Source: Meiothermus sp. (GTDB lineage: Bacteria; Deinococcota; Deinococci; Deinococcales; Thermaceae). From it: a DNA stretch of 64,000 nucleotides. The notes beneath the pieces were generated by a model that saw only the letters and a list, made by a program, of their open reading frames with translations, did no database searches and was not told where the DNA came from. Below, in pieces: positions 38,895 to 49,459 of this stretch; position 1 is the stretch's first letter; every line of letters starts with the position of its first letter. Position numbers and translations under genes: made by a program. The stretch spans positions 16,625 to 80,624 of the forward strand of contig JANRLD010000094.1 of assembly GCA_033762915.1 (NCBI GenBank). Reading direction: 5' to 3'.

Positions 38895-39587
38895 ATGGTT
38901 TCGCGGGGCTTGGCGCTCAGGGATCAGGTCTATAACCACATCCGAGACCGCATAGTGAGCGGAGAACTCGAGCCGGGCCACACCCTGGTCGAGGTCGAGG
39001 TCGCGGCCGAGCTGAACGTCAGCCGCACGCCGGTCTCCAACGCCCTGGTGATGCTGCGGGAGCGCGGGCTACTGGAGGACGACGGCGGTAAGCCTCGAGT
39101 CCCGGTGCTCCGGCTTTTCGACGTCATCGACCTCTACTGGTGCCGCATGGGGCTCGACGGCATCGCCGCCCGGCTGGCCGCCGAGAAGATCGGTGCCAGA
39201 GAGGCCAAGGTGCTGGAGAAGTACCTGCGCGCCTGGGAGTCCCCGCAACGCGAGGACGACCTGTCGGCGCTGTGGGTGAGTGACCTCAATTTCCACCAGC
39301 ACATCTACAAGGTGGCCGGCAACGCGCACCTCAGCCGCTTCTCCGAGATGACCGTGGAGCTGGCCTCGGTCTACCGCCGCAACACCATCCGCCGCATGAC
39401 CGACCCCAGCAGCGGTACCAGCCGCTCCCGCGACGACGTGCGCGCCGAGCACCAGGCCATCTTCGAGGCCATCGTGCACCGACAGCCAGACCAGGCCGAG
39501 GAGGCCGCCCGTCAGCATATCCGCATGGTGATTAAGCACCTGGGGCAAGCCGACATGGTAATCAAGCCGGAACAGGTGGGGTTATGA
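38895..39587 (+). CDS. GntR family (FCD) transcriptional regulator
   Basis: IVSGELEPG...VSRTPV HTH; FH..I...AGN, EHQAI FCD. Confidence 0.9.
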   Translation: MVSRGLALRDQVYNHIRDRIVSGELEPGHTLVEVEVAAELNVSRTPVSNALVMLRERGLLEDDGGKPRVPVLRLFDVIDLYWCRMGLDGIAARLAAEKIGAREAKVLEKYLRAWESPQREDDLSALWVSDLNFHQHIYKVAGNAHLSRFSEMTVELASVYRRNTIRRMTDPSSGTSRSRDDVRAEHQAIFEAIVHRQPDQAEEAARQHIRMVIKHLGQADMVIKPEQVGL

Positions 39588-40399
39588 GCAAGCGTAAACA
39601 GACCGCGCAACACAGGCCGCCGCACGGGAGAGAGGGCTGGCTCGAGGGCAAAGTCGCCGTCGTCACCGGCGCGGGCAACGGGATGGGCCGGGCCACGGCG
39701 GTGCTGTTTGCCAAAGAGGGCGCGAAGGTCGTGATCGGCGACGTGGACAAGAGGGGCGGCAAGAGCGCCGTAGAGGAGATTAAGGACTTGGGCGGAGAAG
39801 CCGCCTTCGTGGCCTGCGACGTGAGCAAAGAGGCCGACGTGGCCCGGCTCATCGGCACCGCCAAGCGCAAGTACGGCGGGCTGAACACCATCTTCAACAA
39901 CGCGGGCATCGAGCAGCCGGTCACGCCCAGCCACGAAGTGAGCGAGGAGCTGTTCGACCGGGTGATCGGCATCAACCTCAAGGGCACCTTTTTTGGCTGC
40001 AAGCACGCGATTCCCCTGCTGCGCAAAGCGGGCGGCGGGACGATCGTGAACAACTCGAGCGTCAGCGCGTTCGCCAACGTCGGGGGCAACATCTCCTACG
40101 GCTCCTCCAAGGGCGCGATCATGTCCATGACGCGGATTCTGGCGATCGAGTATGCCCGGGAGAACATCCGGGTCAACGCTATCTGCCCCGGCGTGATCGA
40201 CACCCCCATGAACCAGCGCAACCTCGAGAAGGCCGACGACCAGGACGCGGTGCGGGAGAAGTGGATGGCGGTCACGCCGCTGGGCCGGATGGGGACGCCC
40301 GAGGAGATCGCCCGTACGGTGCTCTACCTGGCCTCCGACATGAGCTCCTTCACCACCGGCATTGGGCTGCTGATCGACGGCGGGCGGGTGGCGACGTGA
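39584..40399 (+). CDS. SDR oxidoreductase
   Basis: TGAGNGMG, NNAG, YGSSK. Confidence 0.9.
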   Translation: MSKRKQTAQHRPPHGREGWLEGKVAVVTGAGNGMGRATAVLFAKEGAKVVIGDVDKRGGKSAVEEIKDLGGEAAFVACDVSKEADVARLIGTAKRKYGGLNTIFNNAGIEQPVTPSHEVSEELFDRVIGINLKGTFFGCKHAIPLLRKAGGGTIVNNSSVSAFANVGGNISYGSSKGAIMSMTRILAIEYARENIRVNAICPGVIDTPMNQRNLEKADDQDAVREKWMAVTPLGRMGTPEEIARTVLYLASDMSSFTTGIGLLIDGGRVAT

Positions 40400-41130
40400 A
40401 GCTCGAAAACAAGGTGTGCATCGTGACCGGGGCCGCGAGGGGCATCGGGCGGGCCGTGGCGAGGGCCTTCGCAGCCGAGGGAGCGGTCGTCTACGGCGCG
40501 GACCGGGTGGCGGGCGAGCTCGAGGCCGAGATGAAGGCCCTGCGTGACAAGGGGCTGTGGGCGGTCGGGGTTCCGACCGACCTGATGAATCCGGACGACA
40601 TCCAGGCCCTGGTGGACCGGGTGGTCGCCGACCAGGGGCGCGTGGACGTACTCGCCAACGTGGCGGGCGTGATCGAGGTGAAGCACCTGGAGGAGACCAC
40701 GCTCGAGGACTGGGACACCATCCTGGCCATCAACCTGCGTGCGCCGTTCCTGACCTGCAGGGCCGTCGCGCCCGTAATGCGGCGGCAGGGCTCGGGCTCG
40801 ATCATGAACGTCTCGAGCCGGGCGGGCGTGATGGGCTTCGCGGACGAGATCGCCTATTGCGCCTCGAAGTGGGGTTTAGAGGGCTTGTCCCGCTCGATCG
40901 CGCTCGACCTCGAGCCCCACGGCATCGCCGTCAACACCATCACCCCCGGCACCCCCACCCACACCTCGATGAGCGAGAAGACCTACTCCGAGGAGACCCG
41001 AAAAGTCTGGCGCGACCCCGCCGAGATCGCCCCCGCTTTCGTGCATCTGGCCCTGCAGACCCCGCAGGGCCTCCACAACCGCTACGTCAACGCCTGGGAG
41101 CTCTCCCAGCAGCTCAAGGAGCCCGCGTGA
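40396..41130 (+). CDS. SDR oxidoreductase
   Basis: TGAARGIG, YCASK; GTGA overlap with upstream stop. Confidence 0.9.
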   Translation: MKLENKVCIVTGAARGIGRAVARAFAAEGAVVYGADRVAGELEAEMKALRDKGLWAVGVPTDLMNPDDIQALVDRVVADQGRVDVLANVAGVIEVKHLEETTLEDWDTILAINLRAPFLTCRAVAPVMRRQGSGSIMNVSSRAGVMGFADEIAYCASKWGLEGLSRSIALDLEPHGIAVNTITPGTPTHTSMSEKTYSEETRKVWRDPAEIAPAFVHLALQTPQGLHNRYVNAWELSQQLKEPA

Positions 41131-42404
41131 GGGCCTTCATCGTGGGCCAAATTCTTGACGGCAACGGCGGAAAGCCGCTGGTGAACGGGGTGCTGCTGGA
41201 AGACCGGGGGCGCATCGTGGGCGTGGGGGCGCGCGGCGCGGTCGCCGTTCCCGAGCACGCCCAGGTCGTCGAGGCGCCCAACGCCACGCTGTTGCCTGGC
41301 CTGATGGACACCCACGTCCACCTCGCCTACAGCGGCTCGCCCAGCGTCGGGGCCTTCCGGGCCGAGGCCAGCGAGCAGTCCTACCCGCTGCTGGCGCTCC
41401 GCGCTGCCAAGCACGCGAGAGAGACGCTGGAGTGGGGCTTCACCGCGGTGCGCGACCTCAACGCCCCCGGCGGGGTGATTATTGACCTAGCCAGGGCGGT
41501 CAACCTCGGCTATGTGCGGGGCTCCCGCATCAAGGCCTGCGGCCTGGGCCTCTCGGCCACCGGCGGGCACATGGACCCGCCCGGCTGGGGCGACCACGTC
41601 CGCTTCGAGGGCATGACCCTCCCCTGCGACGGCCCGGACGCCTTCCGGCGCGGCGTGCGCGAACAGGTCAAGCGCGGGGCGGACTTCATCAAGATCAACC
41701 TGTGCGTGGGCTCGAGGCGCGACCTCAGCGTGCCCTACCGCCAGGAGATGACCGACGCCGAGATCGAGGCCGCCATCGACGAGGCCCACCGCCTCGAGCG
41801 CAAGGTCGCCGCGCACACCTCGGGCGGCCCGGCCGTCACCACGGCGGTGGGGATGGGGCTGGACACGGTGGAGCACGGGCACTGGGTGGACGAGCGGACC
41901 GCCGACCTGATGGCCGAGAAGGGCGCCTACTATATCCCCACCCTGCTGGTCAACGAGCGCAACTTCGACTTCACTCCCGAGCAGATGGGCGTGAACCAGA
42001 AGTCCTGGGCCTGGCTGGAGAAGGCGAGAGAGGACAAGTGGGCCAGCCTGGCGCGGGTCCGCAAGGCGGGCGTTAAGATCGGCTGCGGTACCGACGCGGG
42101 CTTCATGCTGCCGCACGGCCAGATGAACGCCATCGAACTCGAGCTGCTGGTGCGCGGCGGCCTAACCCCGATGGAGGCCATCGTGGCCGCCACCAAGACC
42201 AACGCCGAGCTGATGGAGCTGGACCAGGCTGGCGTGCTGGAGGTGGGCAAGGTCGCCGACTTGGTGTTGGTGGCGGGAGATCCGCTTGAGGACATCCGGG
42301 TGCTGCAGAAACAGGAAAACTTGCGGGTTTTCAAGGATGGCGCCGAGGTGACGCGCCCCGACTTGTTGGCGAAGTGGTTGAGTACAGAGGGAGTTCTGGC
42401 ATGA
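41127..42404 (+). CDS. Amidohydrolase (Xaa-Pro dipeptidase-like subgroup)
   Basis: DTHVH, GADFIK, AAH, VEHG, GTDAG. Confidence 0.88.
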   Translation: MRAFIVGQILDGNGGKPLVNGVLLEDRGRIVGVGARGAVAVPEHAQVVEAPNATLLPGLMDTHVHLAYSGSPSVGAFRAEASEQSYPLLALRAAKHARETLEWGFTAVRDLNAPGGVIIDLARAVNLGYVRGSRIKACGLGLSATGGHMDPPGWGDHVRFEGMTLPCDGPDAFRRGVREQVKRGADFIKINLCVGSRRDLSVPYRQEMTDAEIEAAIDEAHRLERKVAAHTSGGPAVTTAVGMGLDTVEHGHWVDERTADLMAEKGAYYIPTLLVNERNFDFTPEQMGVNQKSWAWLEKAREDKWASLARVRKAGVKIGCGTDAGFMLPHGQMNAIELELLVRGGLTPMEAIVAATKTNAELMELDQAGVLEVGKVADLVLVAGDPLEDIRVLQKQENLRVFKDGAEVTRPDLLAKWLSTEGVLA

Positions 42405-43798
42405 GCGACGAAGCCACGCTGCAAAAGGTCTTTGACTACATAGACGCCCACGCCGAGCAGGCGGTGGAGGACTTGCGCACCTTGTTGCGTCAGCCTGCGG
42501 TTAGCGCCCAAAAAATCGGCCTCGAGGACTGCGCCCGCCTGTTGCGCGACCTGATGCACGAAGATGGCGTCAAGGACGTGGAAGTCCTGCCCACCGACGG
42601 CGGCCCCGAGGTGCTGCTGGGCACCGAGGCCCCCACCAACCCCGACGCCCCCACCCTGCTGTGCTACGGCCACTACGACGTGCAGCCGCCCGAGCCGCTG
42701 GAACTCTGGCACTCCGACCCCTGGGGCGCCGAGGTACGCGACGGGGTGATCTACGCCCGCGGAGCCACCGACAACAAGAGCGGCTGCCTGGCCTTCGTGG
42801 AGGCCGCCAAGGCCTACCGCGCCGTGACAGGCGGGACGCCTGTGCGTCTGCAGTACCTCTTCGAGGGCGAGGAGGAGATTGGCTCGCCCCACCTGGAAGA
42901 CTTCGTTTGGAAATACAAGGACCGCCTCCGCTGCGACGCCTCGATCGGGCTTGACGGCGGGGTGAACCGCACGTCCCTGCGCCCCGAGGTTCACCTGGGG
43001 ATCAAGGCCATTCTCTACGTCGAGCTGCGCTGCAAGACGCTCAAGCAGGACACCTGGTCGGGACGCGCCCAGATGCTCCGCTCCGCGCCCTGGCGGCTCA
43101 TCGAGTGCCTCACCTCCATCGCCGACCCCACCACCGGAGTCATCAAGGTCGAGGGCTGGTACGACACCCTGATCCCGCCCGACGAGTGGGACCTGGAGTT
43201 CCTGAGGGACGAGCAGCAGTACTTCAACCGGGCCGAGTTCATGCGCCAGATGGGGGCCAAGCACCTCTCCACCGACGACGACTTCGAAATCCTTAAGCGG
43301 GCGCACTACGGCGCCTCGGCCAACATCTGCGGCTTCGGCTCGGGCTACACCGGCGAGGGCTCCAAGACCATCGTGCCGGCCGAGGCCGTCGCCAAGATGG
43401 ACTTCCGCTGCCCGCCCGGCCTCGAGCCGTCCGAGCAGTTCAAGAAGCTGCAAGCCCACCTCGAGAAGCACGGCTTCGACGACATCGAGCTGGTTTTGAT
43501 CAACGCCCGCAAAAACCCCTACAAGGTCTCCAGCCGCGAGGCCATCTCCCAGGCCACCTTCCGCGCCGCCGAGCGGGTCTTCGGGGTCCAGCCCATCGTC
43601 CACGGAGTCAGCATCCAGGGCCTGATCATGCTCGCCATCCCCCACCCCGCCGTGCTCTCCGGCTTTGGCGCGCCCGAGAACAACCTCCACGGCCCCAACG
43701 AAAACATGCCCATCGCCCGCTACATCCAAGGCATGAAGTACGCGGCGGCAATCTACCACGAGTACGCACTTGAGATGGCAAAGGGGACGGAAAAATGA
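42401..43798 (+). CDS. M20/M25/M40 metallo-dipeptidase
   Basis: YGHYDVQP, RGATDNK, EGEEE, HGPNE. Confidence 0.9.
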   Translation: MSDEATLQKVFDYIDAHAEQAVEDLRTLLRQPAVSAQKIGLEDCARLLRDLMHEDGVKDVEVLPTDGGPEVLLGTEAPTNPDAPTLLCYGHYDVQPPEPLELWHSDPWGAEVRDGVIYARGATDNKSGCLAFVEAAKAYRAVTGGTPVRLQYLFEGEEEIGSPHLEDFVWKYKDRLRCDASIGLDGGVNRTSLRPEVHLGIKAILYVELRCKTLKQDTWSGRAQMLRSAPWRLIECLTSIADPTTGVIKVEGWYDTLIPPDEWDLEFLRDEQQYFNRAEFMRQMGAKHLSTDDDFEILKRAHYGASANICGFGSGYTGEGSKTIVPAEAVAKMDFRCPPGLEPSEQFKKLQAHLEKHGFDDIELVLINARKNPYKVSSREAISQATFRAAERVFGVQPIVHGVSIQGLIMLAIPHPAVLSGFGAPENNLHGPNENMPIARYIQGMKYAAAIYHEYALEMAKGTEK

Positions 43799-43895
43799 TG
43801 CGCAGAGAGCAGAGGGCTAAAACAAAACGACCCTCCTTATAGCTCGCCGCTCTCCGCTCTCTGCCACTTCTCTGCTCTCTGCCAACAGGAGTCCC

Positions 43896-44951
43896 ATGAC
43901 CCAGTACCTGATACGCCGCGTCCTCCAGGTCATCCCGACCTTTATCGGGGCGACCTTGTTGGCGTTTATCATCATCCAGCTCACGCCAGGGGACTTCACC
44001 GATAGGTTCGCGCTCGACCCCAACGCCGATGCCGAGCAGCTCCAGCGGCTGCGGGAGAACTTCGGGCTGGACGACCCGATTCTGGTGCAGTACTTCAAGT
44101 GGATGTGGGGCATCATCACGGCGGGGTATCTGGGCGAGAGCTTCACCTACCGTGCGCCCGTCACCGACATCATCGTGCCGCTGATCGTCAACAGCTTCAC
44201 GCTGGTGCTGATCTCGCTGGTACTGACCTACCTGCTGGCGATCCCGATTGGGATTTACCAGGCGGTGAATCAGTACAAGTTCGGCGACCAGGCTTGGTCG
44301 TTCTTCTCGGTGGTGGGGCTGGCGATCCCGAACTTCTTCTTCATCCTGCTCTTGATCGTGGGGATTCTGTTCCTGCAGGCCCCGCTGCGCGAGGTGGCTC
44401 AGGGGAACGCCTGGTATAAGCCGATCCTCGACTTCTTCACCTACGACCTGCGCAACGGTCTGATCTTCCCGGTAGGCGGGATGCGAACCACCGAAATCTA
44501 CGACGGCCTGACCTGGTGGCAACAGATTGGGGACCGGTTGTGGCACCTGATTCTGCCCACCATCGTGGTGACGACCGGGGGCCTCTCGAGCCTGGTCCGG
44601 GTGGTGCGGGGGCAAGTCCTGGACTTCTTGCAGTCCGACTTTGTGCGCACCGCCAGAGCCAAGGGCCTCAGCCAGCGGGTGGTAATCTACAAGCACGTCC
44701 TCCGCAACGCCATCAGCCCGGTGATCTCCGGCATCGGCACGGTGCTGCCCGAGTTGGTCACGGGGGCCGGACTGGTAGAGTTCGTCTACCGCTGGCCGGG
44801 CATCACGCCGGGCTTCGTGATCGCCATCCAGCAGAAAGACCTCTACGTGGTGATGGGTCTGCTGGTGGTGTCGGCGATTCTGCTGATGGTTGGAAACCTG
44901 ATCTCTGACCTGTTGCTGGCGCTGATTGATCCAAGGATACGGTACTCCTAA
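43896..44951 (+). CDS. Peptide/nickel ABC permease (OppB-like)
   Basis: DFVRTARAKGL, HVLRNA, DPRIRY. Confidence 0.92.
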   Translation: MTQYLIRRVLQVIPTFIGATLLAFIIIQLTPGDFTDRFALDPNADAEQLQRLRENFGLDDPILVQYFKWMWGIITAGYLGESFTYRAPVTDIIVPLIVNSFTLVLISLVLTYLLAIPIGIYQAVNQYKFGDQAWSFFSVVGLAIPNFFFILLLIVGILFLQAPLREVAQGNAWYKPILDFFTYDLRNGLIFPVGGMRTTEIYDGLTWWQQIGDRLWHLILPTIVVTTGGLSSLVRVVRGQVLDFLQSDFVRTARAKGLSQRVVIYKHVLRNAISPVISGIGTVLPELVTGAGLVEFVYRWPGITPGFVIAIQQKDLYVVMGLLVVSAILLMVGNLISDLLLALIDPRIRYS

Positions 44952-46150
44952 TGGAACCTGCCGAGACCAATACACCCCAACCCTCGAGCGCACCCACTAC
45001 GCCCTTGCGGACGCTCTCGAGGGGTCAACTGGTGCGGCAGCAGTTCCGCAAGAGCAAGCTGGCGATATTTAGTTTGTGGGTGCTGGGGATCCTATACGTC
45101 CTCGCGGCCTTCGCAGACTTCATCGCGCCCTACGGGGAGGCCGAGTCGTTCTTCCGCGGGGCCATCGACCGCAGCTTCGCCCCACCCACCAAGATCCACT
45201 GGCGCGACCCCGAGACAGGCAGCTTTACCCGGCCTTTCGTGTACAACGTCAAGAGCGAGATCAACCTCGACACCCTCGAGTTCGAGTTCAAGGAAGACAC
45301 CAGCACCAAGTACCCCATCCGCTTCTTCACCTCAGGCCAGCCTTACGTCCCCTTCCCGCTCAACCTGATCCCTCAGACCTGGCGCAACAACTGGGGATTC
45401 AACCCCACCATCACGCTGCGGCTGTTCGGCGTGGACAAGCCCGCGACCCTCTTCCTGTGGGGCGCCGACCGGCTGGGGCGCGACGTCTTCGGGCGCATCC
45501 TGTTCGGGGCCCGCATCACCATGACCATCGGGATCTTCGCGGCGGTGCTGGCGCTGGTGGTGGGCCTAGTGCTGGGGGCGGTGGCGGGCTACTACGGCGG
45601 CTGGCTGGACGACATCATCATGCGAGTGGTGGAGGTGCTCTCCACCATCCCGGCGCTGTTCCTGCTGCTGGCCCTGCGGGCCCTGTTCCCGCTGGACGCC
45701 AAGAGCAGCGTGGTCTTCTTCGTGGTGATCCTGATCCTGGGCCTGATCCGCTGGGGCGGGGTGGCGCGGGCGGTGCGCGGCCAGGTACTGAGCCTGCGCG
45801 AGGAGGACTACGTGATGGCCGCGCGGAGCCTGGGCGCCAGCGACCCCCGCATCATCTTCCGCCACGTGCTGCCCGCCACCGCCAGCTTCGCCATCGTCAG
45901 CTTCAGCCTCCTGATCCCCGGCTTCATCCTCACCGAGTCGGGCCTGTCCTTCCTGGGCCTGGGCATCTCCGACCCCAACGCGAGCTGGGGCCTGATGCTG
46001 GCGGTCGCGCAGGAGGGCGGTATGCAAACCTTCACCAACCGCCCCTGGATGCTGATACCAGGGCTGTTCATCTTCGTGGTGGTGCTGGCCTTTAACTTCG
46101 TGGGCGACGGGCTGCGCGACGCACTCGACCCGAAAGCGAGGAGGGGATGA
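44951..46150 (+). CDS. Peptide/nickel ABC permease (OppC-like)
   Basis: GADRLGRD, EDYVMAARSLG, GDGLRDALDP. Confidence 0.92.
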   Translation: MEPAETNTPQPSSAPTTPLRTLSRGQLVRQQFRKSKLAIFSLWVLGILYVLAAFADFIAPYGEAESFFRGAIDRSFAPPTKIHWRDPETGSFTRPFVYNVKSEINLDTLEFEFKEDTSTKYPIRFFTSGQPYVPFPLNLIPQTWRNNWGFNPTITLRLFGVDKPATLFLWGADRLGRDVFGRILFGARITMTIGIFAAVLALVVGLVLGAVAGYYGGWLDDIIMRVVEVLSTIPALFLLLALRALFPLDAKSSVVFFVVILILGLIRWGGVARAVRGQVLSLREEDYVMAARSLGASDPRIIFRHVLPATASFAIVSFSLLIPGFILTESGLSFLGLGISDPNASWGLMLAVAQEGGMQTFTNRPWMLIPGLFIFVVVLAFNFVGDGLRDALDPKARRG

Positions 46151-46313
46151 GACATAGTCTAAGCGGGTCGGAGCGGCCGCCGTGAGGGCCAAAACGACCG
46201 AGGGCATCTTAGGTACAAAGGCCATGAGGCCAGAGAGGCGTCGGCAGGGCCGGTTTCACCTCTCCCCTCTTCGCCTTTTCCACTTTCCCGCTTGCGGTTC
46301 TTGAGGAGGAAGT

Positions 46314-48122
46314 ATGGGCAAACTCAGATGGTTAGTGCTGGTTCTGGCAATACTCGCGATCGGCAGCGCGCTGGCGCAGCCACTGGTGCGCTCGGCGCGC
46401 TTCGGCGGCAGCGGCAACGCCGTTATGGGCGGCACCTTCACCTACGGGCTGGTCGGGCTGCCCCCGACCTTCAACCCCTTCACCGTGCAGTCGCTCTCGG
46501 ATACCTTCATCCAGTACCTGTGGTTCCCCCAGCTGGTGCAGTTCAACGCGGCCACCGGCAGCTTCGACTGCTACGTGTGCACCAACTTTCAGCAGCGCGG
46601 CCTGACCCTAGACTTTAACATCCGCTCGGGCATCCAGTGGTCGGATGGCCGGCCCCTGACCGCTGACGACATCCTCTACAGCGCCGAGCTGCACGCCAAC
46701 GCTCAGGTCAACTCGCGTCAGCGCACCGACTTCGTACAGGGCGGCCGGCCGCTGCGCTGGACGAGGGTGGACAACGACACCATTCGCCTAACCCTCAACA
46801 CCCCCGACGCCGCCGTGCTCGACCTGGCCGACTGGCCCATCGTGCCGCGCCACGTCTGGCAGCCCATCTTCGAGCGCGGCGGGGCCGCCGCCGTGCAGGC
46901 CGCCTACAACGTCAACACCCCGCCCGCCCAGATCGTCGGCGCTGGCCCCTTCCTGGTCGAGGCCTACCGCCCCGGCGAGGAGATGGTGCTGCGGAAGAAC
47001 CCCAACTACTGGGGCGTGGACGAGAAGGGCAACAAGTTGCCCTACATCGACCGCATCATCGCCAAGAACTACGCCGACACCAACGCCCGCCTGGCGGGCT
47101 ACATCGCAGGCCAGTTCGACTTCTTCCAGCCCCTGACCATCGACGAGGTGCAGGGCGTGCGCCAGGCCACCAGCGGCGGCCGCCTCGACGCCGAGCTGAA
47201 GGTGAACATCACCCAGACCGCCGTCACCTCGACCATCTTCTGCAACATGCAGAACGTCGACCCCTTCAAGGCCCAGCTGTGCCGCAACGTCAAGTTCCGC
47301 CGCGCGCTGTCGCACCTGATCGACCGCGAGACCATCATTCGCGTGGGCCTGGGCGGCCTGGGCCGGCCCCTCTACGGCCCCATCAGCTCGGGCAACACTC
47401 GCTGGTTCACCCCCTCCACCTTCGTCGAAGGGCGCACGCAGTTCGCCTTCAACCCCCAGCGCGCCGCCCAACTGCTGGCCGAGATGGGCTTCACCCGCAA
47501 GAACGCCCAGGGCTTCTTGATCGACGGCCAGGGCCGCACCATCAAGATGAACGCGCTGGTGGTCTCGACTGAGGCCTTGCAAAAGGTGGCCGCCCCCATC
47601 GTGATCGAGGACATGAAGAAGGTGGGGATCGACGCCAGCTTCACCGTGGCCGACAACGGCTCGGTGATCAACCCCGCACTGCGCAACTTCAACGCCGACG
47701 GCACCCGCAACTTCGACCTCTCCTTCACCGACTTCGGCGGCGTGTTCGACCCGCCCACCCGCCGCAACCTCTACAACCTCAACGGCGTGGCCCACCTGTG
47801 GAACCTCAACCGCCCCGGCCAGGCCCGCCCCGAGCGCCCCGAGAGCTTCGAGGTGCTGCTGGACAAGCTGGTCTCCGACGGCCTGGCCACCACCGACACC
47901 GCCCAGCGCAAGGCCATCTACGACCGCTTCCAGGCCGTCGCCGCCGAGAACCTCCCCTTGATCTACCTCTACACCCGCGGCCTCCACGTCTCCTACAAGA
48001 AGCGCGTGGGCAACACCCAGGATCAGCTGCAAGACCCCATCGGGGCCTTCCAGTCCACCGCCAATGGGTACATCGGCGAGGGGATCAACTTCATTGACAC
48101 GCTGTTCGTACGCGGCAACTAA
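46314..48122 (+). CDS. Family-5 ABC substrate-binding protein
   Basis: Signal peptide; WSDGRPLTADD, GAGPF, KNPNYW, LPYID. Confidence 0.92.
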   Translation: MGKLRWLVLVLAILAIGSALAQPLVRSARFGGSGNAVMGGTFTYGLVGLPPTFNPFTVQSLSDTFIQYLWFPQLVQFNAATGSFDCYVCTNFQQRGLTLDFNIRSGIQWSDGRPLTADDILYSAELHANAQVNSRQRTDFVQGGRPLRWTRVDNDTIRLTLNTPDAAVLDLADWPIVPRHVWQPIFERGGAAAVQAAYNVNTPPAQIVGAGPFLVEAYRPGEEMVLRKNPNYWGVDEKGNKLPYIDRIIAKNYADTNARLAGYIAGQFDFFQPLTIDEVQGVRQATSGGRLDAELKVNITQTAVTSTIFCNMQNVDPFKAQLCRNVKFRRALSHLIDRETIIRVGLGGLGRPLYGPISSGNTRWFTPSTFVEGRTQFAFNPQRAAQLLAEMGFTRKNAQGFLIDGQGRTIKMNALVVSTEALQKVAAPIVIEDMKKVGIDASFTVADNGSVINPALRNFNADGTRNFDLSFTDFGGVFDPPTRRNLYNLNGVAHLWNLNRPGQARPERPESFEVLLDKLVSDGLATTDTAQRKAIYDRFQAVAAENLPLIYLYTRGLHVSYKKRVGNTQDQLQDPIGAFQSTANGYIGEGINFIDTLFVRGN

Positions 48123-48225
48123 AGGCTAAGGGCGGGGAAGAAAAGTGGAAAGGGAAAAGTAAAGCCAAAGGCTTCTGGTCTTCCTTTTCTCTTTCCACTT
48201 TCCCCGCAGTTTTCTAGGAGGCACC

Positions 48226-49404
48226 GTGTCCATACCAACCGCCCGGCACCGCATCGCGGCCAGGGTTGTACACAAGGACGAGTCCATCCGCACCCGGATG
48301 CTGGGCATCGCGGCGGGGTTGCAGGGTGTGATCGCTATGGGTCGGGGCGACCCCGACCTGGACACACCTAGGCACATCGTCGAGGCGGGGCAGAAGGCGC
48401 TCGAGCGGGGGGCGACCCACTACACCGCACCGCAGGGAATGCCCGAACTGCGCACGGCGATCTGCGAGAAGCTGCGCAGGGAGAACGGCCTCGAGTACAC
48501 CCCGGACGAGGTCATCGTCACGGCGGGGGCGCAAGAGGGCATCTACGTGGCGATGCTGGCGCTGATCAACCCGGGCGACGAGGTGCTGGTGACCTCGCCG
48601 GGCTACACCTCGTACAACCAGGCCATCGAGCTGGCGGGCGGGGTGGTGGTGACGGTCAACGTCTACCAGGAAAACAACTTCGCGCTCACGGCTGAGGCGG
48701 TCAAGGCGAAAATCACGCCCAAGACCCGGATGCTCTGCCTGATGAACCCCAGCAACCCGACCGGCTCCGTCACGCCCCGCGCGGAAGTCGAAAAACTCGC
48801 CCAGCTGGCCAAAGACCACGACCTCATCGTCATCTCCGACGAAATATACGAGCGCCTGGTCTTCGACGGACACCGCGTCACCTCGGTCGCGGCGCTGCCG
48901 GGCATGAAGGAGCGCACCCTCACCATCAACGGCTTCTCCAAAGCCTACGCGATGACGGGCTGGCGCATCGGCTACACCGCGGCCCCCAGGGAACTCGCGG
49001 TGCCAATGAACGAGATCCACCACGGCCTGAGCATCTGTGCCCCCGCCGTGAGCCAGCACGCGGGGCTGGCCGCACTGACCGGCCCGCAGGACTGCGTGGA
49101 GGAGTACCGGCAGATCTTCGCCGAGCGGCGCAAATACTTCCGCACGGTGCTGGACGGGCTGGGCTTCACCTACGGCGAGCCGCAGGGGGCCTTCTACCTC
49201 TACACCAACGTCTCCTCCAGCGGCCTGGGCGCGGGCGAGTTCTGCGTGCGGCTGCTGCAAGAGGCCAAGGTGATGATGTTCCCCGGCACCCTCTTCGGCG
49301 ACCACAACGACCACTTCGTGCGGGTCTCGCTGCTCCAGCCGATGGCCAAGCTGGAAGAGGCAGCGGAGCGGATGGCTAAGGCGGTCAGAGCTTTCAGCAG
49401 CTAG
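48226..49404 (+). CDS. PLP-dependent aminotransferase class I/II
   Basis: NPSNPTG, SDEIY, SKAYAMTGWRIG. Confidence 0.92.
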   Translation: MSIPTARHRIAARVVHKDESIRTRMLGIAAGLQGVIAMGRGDPDLDTPRHIVEAGQKALERGATHYTAPQGMPELRTAICEKLRRENGLEYTPDEVIVTAGAQEGIYVAMLALINPGDEVLVTSPGYTSYNQAIELAGGVVVTVNVYQENNFALTAEAVKAKITPKTRMLCLMNPSNPTGSVTPRAEVEKLAQLAKDHDLIVISDEIYERLVFDGHRVTSVAALPGMKERTLTINGFSKAYAMTGWRIGYTAAPRELAVPMNEIHHGLSICAPAVSQHAGLAALTGPQDCVEEYRQIFAERRKYFRTVLDGLGFTYGEPQGAFYLYTNVSSSGLGAGEFCVRLLQEAKVMMFPGTLFGDHNDHFVRVSLLQPMAKLEEAAERMAKAVRAFSS

Positions 49405-49459
49405 CGACTGGCCGTTAGCAAAAGCCCGAAAGAGCTGAGCGCTAACCGCCCAAAAAATC

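Noticed and set aside
40557..41126. N-terminal extensions fusing neighbouring ORFs (also 52912-53790 and 9980-10255)
   Set aside because: Open alternative frames over upstream genes; real starts fit stop/start overlaps at 41127, 53791 and 10256.
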